Part shown: in pieces, positions 27,690 through 35,550 of the stretch
Layout of the letters: each line of letters opens with the position of its first letter
Position numbering within the stretch: position 1 is the first letter of the stretch
NCBI GenBank assembly: GCA_964483695.1
Contig: CAZACZ010000002.1
Location: forward strand, 3,171 to 67,170
Direction of reading: 5' to 3'
DNA: 64,000 nt
DNA from: an uncultured bacterium
Lineage (GTDB): Bacteria > Deinococcota > Deinococci > Deinococcales > Trueperaceae
Notes under the pieces: model-generated
Databases searched by the model: none
Told to the model about the DNA's origin: nothing
What the model saw: only the letters and a program-made list of their open reading frames with translations
Program-made: the position numbers and the translations under genes

Positions 27690-28943
27690 CTACTCCGCCT
27701 CCTGCCCTTTGGCGCTTCGCTGCTCGGTCGCGCTCTTGACGGCCGTCACGCCGGCGTGCGCCACCACGCCCACTGCCGCCGCTCCCAGCGCCACGCGGCC
27801 GATCTTGTCGGCGGTGGCGTCGGTGAAGAACGGCGTCGGGTAGACGCGCCCTGCGAGCGGCACCTCGAACGGGGTGAGCACGTCCCAGAAGCCCGGCTCG
27901 CTGCAGCCGATGCAGCCGTGGCCGGACATGATCGGCCAGGAGGCGCCGTCGTTGTAGCGCACCACGCCGCAGTTGTTGTGCGTCATGGGGCCCTTGCAGC
28001 CGACCTTGAACAGGCACAGCCCTTCCTTCATGCCCTCGATGTCGGTCCAGCCCTCCACGAACTCGCCGGCGTCGAAGTGCCCCCGCCGTTCGCACTTGTC
28101 GTGGATGCGGTCGGCGTACGCCCACAGCGGCCGGCCGAAGGCGTCGAGCGACGGCAGCCGGCCGAACATGGCGTACTCGAGGATGGTGCCGACCACGTTG
28201 GTGCTCGACACCGGGCAGGCGGGCAAGTTGATGACGGGCTTGTGGATGCCGCGGTTGCGCAGGAAGTCGCCGACACCGAGCGCCGTGGTCGGGTTGGGAC
28301 GGGCGGCGGGGATGCCGCCGTAGGACGCGCAACTGCCCGCGGCGATGACGGCGGCGGCGTGCCGGGCGACGTGCTCGACCCGGCTCGCGCCGGTCTCGCC
28401 GGACGGCCCGATGGTGAGGAAGCGCCCGTCGTTGCCTACCGGCACCGAGCCCTCGAACACCGCGATGTACTGGCCGTCGTAGCGATCGATCGATGCCTGC
28501 AGGACGTCCTCGGCCGCCTGGCCCGATGGCGCCATCAGCACCTCGGCGTACTCCAGGCTGAGCAGTTCGAGCACGATGTCGTCGATGCCGGGGTTGGCGT
28601 TGCGGATCAACGCCATGCTGTTGCCGGTGCACGACTGCAGTTCGAGCCACAGGACCGGCAAGCGCGTCGCCAGTTCCTGCGCGCGCGCGACGCGCAGGTC
28701 GAACATCGGCGGCAGCGCCAGCGTCGTGGTCAACACCGCCGACATCTTCAAGAAGTCGCGCCGCGAGATGCCGCGGCGCCTGAGCAGACCCTCGAGGGTG
28801 ATGTCCTTGAGCGGCGGTCTGGCCTCCAGCCGGTCGAGGTGGGCGTCGGCTTCGGCAGCCAGGCGCTCGTAGGATTCGCGTAGGGCACGGTCCAGCGGCG
28901 CGGACGTCGCTTGGGCCGGTGGGTACCTGCGCTGACGAGACAT
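27690..28943 (-). CDS. [NiFe]-hydrogenase small subunit, group 1, Tat-exported with C-terminal membrane anchor
   Basis: The ATG is preceded by GAGGAGG. It has the SRRDFLK twin-arginine motif, Fe-S ligand motifs (SCTGN, GSCAS, ACP, RIHDKC, GLC, VGC, NNC, HGCIGC) and a hydrophobic C-terminal helix. Confidence 0.9.
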   Translation of the reverse strand: MSRQRRYPPAQATSAPLDRALRESYERLAAEADAHLDRLEARPPLKDITLEGLLRRRGISRRDFLKMSAVLTTTLALPPMFDLRVARAQELATRLPVLWLELQSCTGNSMALIRNANPGIDDIVLELLSLEYAEVLMAPSGQAAEDVLQASIDRYDGQYIAVFEGSVPVGNDGRFLTIGPSGETGASRVEHVARHAAAVIAAGSCASYGGIPAARPNPTTALGVGDFLRNRGIHKPVINLPACPVSSTNVVGTILEYAMFGRLPSLDAFGRPLWAYADRIHDKCERRGHFDAGEFVEGWTDIEGMKEGLCLFKVGCKGPMTHNNCGVVRYNDGASWPIMSGHGCIGCSEPGFWDVLTPFEVPLAGRVYPTPFFTDATADKIGRVALGAAAVGVVAHAGVTAVKSATEQRSAKGQEAE

Positions 28944-29130
28944 GCGGACCTCCTCGCCGAGGGGGTGCGCCCGCACCGCACCGAACCTCGAACCAGTTGC
29001 GTTGCCGGTTGCGGGATCCCCCTCCTGGGAAACCGACCTCCTCGCTCTGGTGCACGCCGTCGGGACGACGCAACCCTGGGGCCACGCCGTCCGCACGCGG
29101 TCGTCGTTGGCTCGAAGGTAGCGCCGCCCG

Positions 29131-29988
29131 TCACCGACCGCACGGGGCATCCGTCCCGGTCGTCCGCTGGCGGCGCCGGACGCCGCTCCGCAGACCGCCG
29201 AGGCCGTCCGCCACCAGGTTGATGCCGAGGACCGCCAGCGCGATGGCTGCGCCCGGGAACACCGACAACCACCACGCGCGGCGCACGAACGCCTGCGCGT
29301 TGTTCAACAGGTACCCCCAACTGATCCGGTTCGGGTCGCCGAAGCCGAGGAAGGCAAGGCTCGCTTCGAGCAGCATGGCGTTCCCTACCAGGAGCGCCGC
29401 GTAGGCGAGCGCCGGAGCCGCCACGTTGGGGAGCAGGTGCCGGGCAACTACCCTGCGCCCGCGCGCGCCGAGGGCGCGGGCGGCGAGCGCGTACTCCTGT
29501 TCCTTGGCGGCCAGCACGCCGGCCCGCGTGACGCGCGCGATGACCCCCCAACTCGTCACCGCCAGGACGACGATCACGAGCCCGAGGCGGGCGCCGAACA
29601 GCGCCATCACGACCAGCGCAAGGAAGAAGCGCGGGATCACGAGCACGAACTCGGTCGCGCGCATCAGGGCGTCGTCGACGAAGCCTCCGAACCAACCAGC
29701 CAGCGCCCCGACCGCGAGTCCCAGGACCAGCGAGAAGGTCGCCACGGCGCCGCCCACCAGCAACGACACGCGCGCACCATGCACCACGGCCCGCCACACG
29801 TCGCGCCCCAGGTCGTCGGTGCCGAACGGGTACGCGGGCGATGGCGGCTGGAACGGCGGTCCGACCGACTGGAACGGATCGCCCGGCGCCACCGTCCCCG
29901 CCAGCAGCGCGACGGCAACGAAGCACGCCGTCACCACTCCGCCGATCACGAGGGACGGGGGAAGGCGCCCACGTCGGGGGCTAGGCAT
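29131..29988 (-). CDS. ABC transporter permease (DppC/OppC/NikC-like)
   Basis: Family-5-type permease with an EAA-like loop (AARALGA...RHLLPN). The ATG overlaps the upstream permease stop by 8 nt. Confidence 0.8.
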   Translation of the reverse strand: MPSPRRGRLPPSLVIGGVVTACFVAVALLAGTVAPGDPFQSVGPPFQPPSPAYPFGTDDLGRDVWRAVVHGARVSLLVGGAVATFSLVLGLAVGALAGWFGGFVDDALMRATEFVLVIPRFFLALVVMALFGARLGLVIVVLAVTSWGVIARVTRAGVLAAKEQEYALAARALGARGRRVVARHLLPNVAAPALAYAALLVGNAMLLEASLAFLGFGDPNRISWGYLLNNAQAFVRRAWWLSVFPGAAIALAVLGINLVADGLGGLRSGVRRRQRTTGTDAPCGR

Positions 29989-30943
29989 ACCGGATCCGCG
30001 GGTCGAGGACGGCGTAGAGCAGGTCGACGACGACCGTCGACGCCACGACCGCGGCCGTGACGAGCAGGAAGGTGCTGCTGATGACGGGAAGGTCTCGCGC
30101 CAGCATGGCACTCATCAGCAGGCGCCCCATGCCGGGCCAGGCGAAGACCGTCTCCGTGAGCACCGCGCCCGAGACCATGAACGCTACCTGGGTGCCGATC
30201 ACGGTAACGACCGGCAGGGCGGCGTTGCGCAGGGCATGGCGCCACAGAACGCGCCGACGCGGAAGCCCCTTCGCTACGGCCGTGCGCACGTACTCTCGCT
30301 GCAACGCATCGACCAGGCCGGCCCGCGCCACCCGTGCGACGGGGGCCAAGTACTGCACCGTCAACGCCGTCACCGGCAACACCATGTGACGAGCCACGTC
30401 CAGCACGCCGGCCAGCCCTTCCGCGCCGGCGCGCACGTCACGCATCCCCTGAACGGGGAACAGCGGCAGTTGGTACGCGAAGACGAGCATCAAGAGCTGC
30501 GCGAGCCAGAAGACCGGCACGGCTTGGCCGAGCAACGCTGCTGCGCTCAGCAGCATGTCGCCCGTGGAGTGGGGGCGCACCGCGGCCGCGACGCCCAGCG
30601 CCAAGCCGACCAGGATCGCCAGGCCCAACGCCGGCGCGATCAGCAGCAGCGTCGCCGGAAGCCGCTCCACCACCGCCGCGAGGGCGGGTTGCTGCAACCG
30701 GTACGAGTAGCCCAGGTCGCCTCGCGCGGCGCGCATCAGGAAGATCGCCAGCCGATCGCCGAGAGGCCGATCGAGTCCGAACCGCTCGCGCACCATCTGG
30801 TACGTGGCGGCGTCGCCGTCTTCGCCCACCAACGCCAGGACGGGGTCACCCGGGGCGATCTCTACCAACAGGAACGTGGCGACCAGGACCGCCAGCACCA
30901 GCGGAAGCGTCTGCCATGCACGGCGTGCCGCGTACCGAAGCAC
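29981..30943 (-). CDS. ABC transporter permease (DppB/OppB/NikB-like)
   Basis: MLRYAARR...LVEIAPGDP is a typical DppB-type N-terminus, with YVRTAVAKGL in the EAA loop. Confidence 0.8.
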   Translation of the reverse strand: MLRYAARRAWQTLPLVLAVLVATFLLVEIAPGDPVLALVGEDGDAATYQMVRERFGLDRPLGDRLAIFLMRAARGDLGYSYRLQQPALAAVVERLPATLLLIAPALGLAILVGLALGVAAAVRPHSTGDMLLSAAALLGQAVPVFWLAQLLMLVFAYQLPLFPVQGMRDVRAGAEGLAGVLDVARHMVLPVTALTVQYLAPVARVARAGLVDALQREYVRTAVAKGLPRRRVLWRHALRNAALPVVTVIGTQVAFMVSGAVLTETVFAWPGMGRLLMSAMLARDLPVISSTFLLVTAAVVASTVVVDLLYAVLDPRIRYA

Positions 30944-30961
30944 TGCCGCCTCCCAAACCCG

Positions 30962-32527
30962 TCAGCGGGCCAGCCAGGCGCGCTCGGCCAAGGCGCCGCG
31001 CCACGGCTCGAGCCCCCGGACCTGGGCCCGGTACGCCGTCGCCATCCGCGTCTCGACCAGCCAGAGGTACGGCGCGTCCGCCACGAGGATCTGTTGGGCG
31101 CGGCGGTAGAGCGCGGCGCGCGCCGTGGGGTCGGCTTGCTCGGCCGCTTGCCCGAACAGAAGATCGATCTCCGGGTTGGCGTACGCCGCGGCGTTCGAGA
31201 ACGGCACGTTGCCGATGTTGCTGGAGACGACGGTGCGCGCCACGCCGATCGACGGATCGGTGTTGTTGCAGTAGCTGATGATGGCGGTGTCGAAGTCGCG
31301 GCGCTCGAAGACGCGAGTGACGAACGCGCTTCGGTCGAGCGCGACGAGCTCGAGGCGTACGCCTACGCGGGCGAACTGCTGCCGTAGCACCTCGCCGTAC
31401 TTGGCGAACGTCGGGAAGTGCAGGAACGTCGCCTCGAAGCGCACGCCGTCCGCGCCACGGGGGTACCCCGCCTGGTCCAGCAGCGTCTCGCTGAGCTCGG
31501 GATCGTAGGCGGCGATGGGCACGTCGTCGCTGTATGCCGACGCGAGCTGGCTGCTGATCGGTCCCGTCGCGACCTGGCCGTTGCCGAAGAGCACTTGCTC
31601 GAGGAGTTGCCCGCGATCGACGGCGTGGGCCAAGGCTTGCCGAACCTGCACGTCCTGGAACCGCGAGCGTTCGAGGTTGAACGCCAGCGTCATCACGCAG
31701 AAGCCGCCACCCGGGCCGCTGTTGGTGGTCTGAACGCCCAACTCGGGATCGCTCGCCAGGCGCTCGAGTTCGCTTCCGGGCACGCCGGTGACGACGTCGA
31801 TCTCGCCTCTCTCGAGCGCCAGCAGCCGCGTGTTCGCGTCGGGGATGGCCCGGAAGACGAGCCGATCGAGGTACGGAAGCTCGGGCTGGAAGTAGCCCGC
31901 GAAACGCTCGAGCACCACCATGTCGTCGGGCACGTAGTCGACGAAGCGGAACGGCCCGGTGCCGACGGGATGGAGGTTCTCCGGGGCCTGCTGGAGGTCG
32001 GGCACGCGTGCGTACACGTGCTGCGGCAGGATCGGCGCTTCGGTGACGTCCAGGCGTTGCAGCAGCGCCGCGTACGGTTGCCGGAAGCGGAACACCACGG
32101 TGTGCTCGTCCGGCGTGTCGATGGCGTCGAGCAGCGCCTCGAGCCCGCCGCGCGTACGGGCGTGGTAGAGCAGCAGCGCGTGCTCGAAGGTGAACTTGAC
32201 GTCGGCAGCGGTGAACGGGGCGCCGTCGTGCCAGAGCACGCCCTCGCGCAAGTGGAAGGTGTACGTCCGCGCGTCCGGACTCACCTCCCAGCGGACCGCC
32301 AGGTCGGGAAGCGGCGCCGCGCGATCGTCGAGCCGGACGAGGCCGCTGAAGATCGAGTCGGCCACCGCGTGGACGGCGCCGTCGGTGGTGATGGCCGGGT
32401 TCAGGTGGCCCGGAAGCTGCTCGATGCCGACGACCAGCGTTCCGCCGCGCTGCGGCGCCGACTGCGCAAGCGCGACCCCGTACGGCAAGGTGCACACCCC
32501 GAGTGCCAGCGCCAGCTGCAACCACAT
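30962..32527 (-). CDS. ABC transporter substrate-binding protein, family 5 (peptide/nickel type)
   Basis: Signal peptide MWLQLALALGVCTLPYGVALAQS, then GGTLVVG...L.P and other SBP_bac_5-like sequence. Start ATG 32527 is preferred over 32566. Confidence 0.75.
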   Translation of the reverse strand: MWLQLALALGVCTLPYGVALAQSAPQRGGTLVVGIEQLPGHLNPAITTDGAVHAVADSIFSGLVRLDDRAAPLPDLAVRWEVSPDARTYTFHLREGVLWHDGAPFTAADVKFTFEHALLLYHARTRGGLEALLDAIDTPDEHTVVFRFRQPYAALLQRLDVTEAPILPQHVYARVPDLQQAPENLHPVGTGPFRFVDYVPDDMVVLERFAGYFQPELPYLDRLVFRAIPDANTRLLALERGEIDVVTGVPGSELERLASDPELGVQTTNSGPGGGFCVMTLAFNLERSRFQDVQVRQALAHAVDRGQLLEQVLFGNGQVATGPISSQLASAYSDDVPIAAYDPELSETLLDQAGYPRGADGVRFEATFLHFPTFAKYGEVLRQQFARVGVRLELVALDRSAFVTRVFERRDFDTAIISYCNNTDPSIGVARTVVSSNIGNVPFSNAAAYANPEIDLLFGQAAEQADPTARAALYRRAQQILVADAPYLWLVETRMATAYRAQVRGLEPWRGALAERAWLAR

Positions 32528-32837
32528 GGAGCGGCCGGGTCTGGGCAGGTGCCAAGGACAACGCATCTCTATTCGCCTCCCGAGGGAGCACGGCGACCGG
32601 CCGCGCCTGCGCCCACGCTAGGGGGCGGCTCGAGCGGCCGTCAGAGGCATTCGCCCCCTTCCCGTCTACGCGAGCCAGCAGCGCCACGCGGGCGACGGGC
32701 CGCCACGGGCGTTCGAGATGTGCCGTGCGCGACGCGCTTCACGGCTGGGACGTATGCCTCTGCAGCGGGCAGCCGCCGTCCCGGTAGCGTCGTATCGACT
32801 GTTCCCGAGTCGTGCCGGTCCGCAAGACGCCCGCGGA

Positions 32838-32862
32838 AGGCGCGACCGAGAGGCGCGACCGA
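32838..32862. promoter_or_regulatory. Tandem direct repeat AGGCGCGACCGA x2 (13-nt period) in the long leader upstream of the molybdoenzyme gene
   Basis: Exact 12-mers at 32838-32849 and 32851-32862, read from the sequence. The function is inferred only. Confidence 0.3.
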
Positions 32863-33047
32863 CAGGCGCAAGCCTCTCCGGGGCCCGTCGGGCAACCGGC
32901 CGGCCTGCCACCTTGCGAAGGGACGGACGCGACCCGGACGTCGCGTCGTTCTCCGAGAGGGGGCCGTATCGAGGAACCGCAACGACCTTCCCCGCCGCAG
33001 CACCCGACCGCCTATCGCACCACCACCATCCCCAGAACGGAGACACC

Positions 33048-35468
33048 GTGAGCACCACCCAACGTGGCTTGTTCCGCCGCAACGTCGATCGTCGCACCGT
33101 GTTGAAGGGCATCGGCGCCTCGCTGGTCGGCGCCAACGTGCTGCCCTTGGTGCACGCCCAGGACGCCGGTCGTCCGAACCTCGAGAACTTCACCAGGGTC
33201 TCGACCTCGCACTGGAGCAGCTTCGAAGCGCACGTGCGCGGCGGCCGGCTGATCTACGTCACGCCGATGCCGTTCGACCCCGACCCCACGCCGATCATCC
33301 AAGGCCTTCCGGACCTGGTCTACTCGCCCAACCGCGTCAAGTACCCGATGATCCGCAAGGGCTTCTACGAGAACCGCAGCGGCAACGACCGCAGCAAGCG
33401 CGGCGCCGAGCCGTTCGTGCGCGTCTCGTGGGACGAAGCGCTGGACATCGTGGCAGGCGAGGTCGACCGCGTTCGCACCTCGTACGGCAACGAGGCCATC
33501 TACGCCGGCTCGTACGGCTGGCGCAGCGCAGGCAACCAGCACAACTCCATCAACGCGCTCAAGCGCTTCATGAACCTAGCGGGCGGCTTCGTCGACGCGC
33601 GCGGCAACTACAGCTGGGAGATCCGCCCCATCATCATGCCGTACGTGATCGGCGCGGCGACGCCGGAATCGACCTACTGGCCCACCATCCTGAACAACAG
33701 CACCTTGATCGTGACGTTCGGCCTGGCCGGCATCAAGAACAACGAGATGAACCGCGGCGGCGTCAACTTCAACGCCTTGTACATCCGGCAGTTGAAGGAG
33801 AAAGGCATCCCGGTCGTGTCGTTCAACCCGATGCGCGAGGCCTTCGACGAGTTCCTCGGCACCGAGCAGATCGCCATCCGACCGCACACCGACACGGCGC
33901 TGATGCTCGCCCTGATGCACACCCTCTACACCGAGGGGCTGCACGACCAGGCGTTCATCGACAAGTACACCTCGGGCTTCGAGCAGTTCCTGCCGTACCT
34001 GACGGGCGAGAGCGACGGTCAGCCGAAGAGCGCAGAGTGGGCGGCGCCCATCACCGAGGTCGACGCCGACTTCATCACGCAGTTGGCGCGCCGCATGGCC
34101 GACAACCGCACCATCATCCTCACCGGCGCCTCGCTGCAGCGCGCCGATCACGGCGAACAGCCCGAGTGGGCCATCGTCGCGTTGGCGTCGATGCTGGGCC
34201 AGGTCGGTCTGCCGGGCGGCGGCTTCATGTTCCCGGCCGTCCTCGCCTACGCCGTGCCGCTGGGCACCAGCCCGAGCGTCCCCAGCCTGTCGGCGGGCCA
34301 GAACCCCGTCGGCACCTACGTGCCGGTGTCGCGCTGGTCCGAGTGCTTCCGTGAGCCCGGCAAGGTCATCGACTACAACGGGCAGAAGCTCACCTACCCG
34401 GACATCAAGTTGGTCTACTGGTCGGGCGGCAACCCGTTCCACCACCACCAAGAGACCAACCGCATCCTCGAGGCGTGGCGCAAGCCCGAGACGATCATCG
34501 TCAACGAGTACTCCTGGACCGCCACCGCCAAGCACGCGGACATCGTCCTGCCCGCCACCACCACGTTCGAACGCAACGACATCCAGGACGCGCGTGACAA
34601 GCGCTTCATCTTCGCCATGCCGAAGATCGTCGAGCCGCTGTTCGAAGCGCGCAACGACCTCGACATCTTCACCGGCCTCGCCGAGCGTCTCGGCTTCGCC
34701 GAGCAGTTCACCGAAGGCAAGGACGAGATGACGCGCGTCCGCGAGGCGTACCAGGCCGCGGTGGACCGTAGCCAGAACTCGGGCGTGACGATGCCCGACT
34801 TCGACACCTTCTGGGAGAAGGGCTACGTCGAGTTCCCGATCGCCGCGGCGTCGATGCAGCAGACCGGCTACGCGGCGTTCCGCGCCGACCCGATCGCCAA
34901 CGCGCTCGGCACCGCCTCGGGCCGCATCCACTTCTACTCGCCCGAGATCGCGTCGTACGGCTACGACGACTGCCTGCCGCACCCGGCGTTCTTCGAACCC
35001 TCCGAGTGGGCGAATGCCGACCGGTACCCACTGCATGTGCTGGCGAACCACCCGAAGTACCGCCTGCACTCGCAGCTGGCCAACACCTACCTGCGCCACA
35101 TGCACGAGGTGGCGGAGCGCGAGGACCTGTGGATCAACCCGGTCGACGCGGCGGCGCGTGGCATCGCCAACGGCGACGTGGTGCGCGTCTTCAACGACCG
35201 CGGTCAGTTGCTGGCCGGCGCCCTCGTAACCGACTGGATCCGCCCCGGCGTGTTGAAGCTGTCCGAGGGCGGCTGGTACGACCCGCTCGAGCCGGGCGTC
35301 ATCGGCACGCTCGACAAGCACGGCAACGTCAACACCGTCGCCATGGACAAGGGCGCCTCGAAGCTGTCGCAAGGCAACCCGGGGCACACCACCTTCGTGC
35401 AGGTCGAGAAGTACGAAGGGGAGATCCCGAACGTCACGGCGTTCGACCCACCGACCGGCGCCCTCTGA
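33048..35468 (+). CDS. Periplasmic molybdopterin oxidoreductase, DMSO/TMAO/biotin-sulfoxide reductase family (no N-terminal Fe-S motif)
   Basis: GTG start after GGAGA. Tat signal FRRNVDRRTVLK. TorA/DorA-like motifs YAGSYGWRSAG and GNYSWE (Ser ligand context). About 806 aa. The upstream part of ORF 32718.. is rejected. Confidence 0.85.
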   Translation: MSTTQRGLFRRNVDRRTVLKGIGASLVGANVLPLVHAQDAGRPNLENFTRVSTSHWSSFEAHVRGGRLIYVTPMPFDPDPTPIIQGLPDLVYSPNRVKYPMIRKGFYENRSGNDRSKRGAEPFVRVSWDEALDIVAGEVDRVRTSYGNEAIYAGSYGWRSAGNQHNSINALKRFMNLAGGFVDARGNYSWEIRPIIMPYVIGAATPESTYWPTILNNSTLIVTFGLAGIKNNEMNRGGVNFNALYIRQLKEKGIPVVSFNPMREAFDEFLGTEQIAIRPHTDTALMLALMHTLYTEGLHDQAFIDKYTSGFEQFLPYLTGESDGQPKSAEWAAPITEVDADFITQLARRMADNRTIILTGASLQRADHGEQPEWAIVALASMLGQVGLPGGGFMFPAVLAYAVPLGTSPSVPSLSAGQNPVGTYVPVSRWSECFREPGKVIDYNGQKLTYPDIKLVYWSGGNPFHHHQETNRILEAWRKPETIIVNEYSWTATAKHADIVLPATTTFERNDIQDARDKRFIFAMPKIVEPLFEARNDLDIFTGLAERLGFAEQFTEGKDEMTRVREAYQAAVDRSQNSGVTMPDFDTFWEKGYVEFPIAAASMQQTGYAAFRADPIANALGTASGRIHFYSPEIASYGYDDCLPHPAFFEPSEWANADRYPLHVLANHPKYRLHSQLANTYLRHMHEVAEREDLWINPVDAAARGIANGDVVRVFNDRGQLLAGALVTDWIRPGVLKLSEGGWYDPLEPGVIGTLDKHGNVNTVAMDKGASKLSQGNPGHTTFVQVEKYEGEIPNVTAFDPPTGAL

Positions 35469-35499
35469 GCGCAGGCACGGTCGCGCTACGGCGCAACGC

Positions 35500-35525
35500 G
35501 AAGGGACCGCTTCGGCGGTCCCTTC
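35500..35525. terminator. Perfect 11-bp stem / TTCG tetraloop hairpin between convergent genes
   Basis: GAAGGGACCGC-TTCG-GCGGTCCCTTC, read directly from the sequence. Confidence 0.55.
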
Positions 35526-35550
35526 CTCGTTCGTGGGTCGGGCGGTTCGA

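Noticed and set aside
26667-28883. 738-aa plus-strand ORF covering the hydrogenase structural genes. Similar giant ORFs are 953..2164, 2375..3781, 6905..8617, 11881..13743, 31418..34354, 33576..35387, 38520..40466, 45119..46567 and 50698..52452.
   Set aside because: All lie antisense or out of frame to genes with strong family motifs. Their translations are Arg/Gly/Pro/His-rich low-information sequence, typical of stop-poor frames in very GC-rich DNA.
28944-29130. Sigma-54 (TGGCAC-N5-TTGC) promoter upstream of the hydrogenase genes, as in HoxA/NtrC-regulated uptake hydrogenases.
   Set aside because: The GTTGC pentamers are on the wrong strand relative to the genes, and no GG-N10-GC pair with correct spacing was found by eye. 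No NtrC-type activator gene lies nearby.
32718-33047. Upstream extensions of real genes in the ORF track, e.g. 32718.. for the molybdoenzyme, 19111.. for osmC, 29150 for the small subunit, 22396 for hypE and 56042/57679 for the kinase/transferase.
   Set aside because: The family-conserved N-termini, Tat or signal peptides and RBS-like purine runs all sit at the internal starts. The extensions are Arg/Pro-rich and overlap neighbouring genes.
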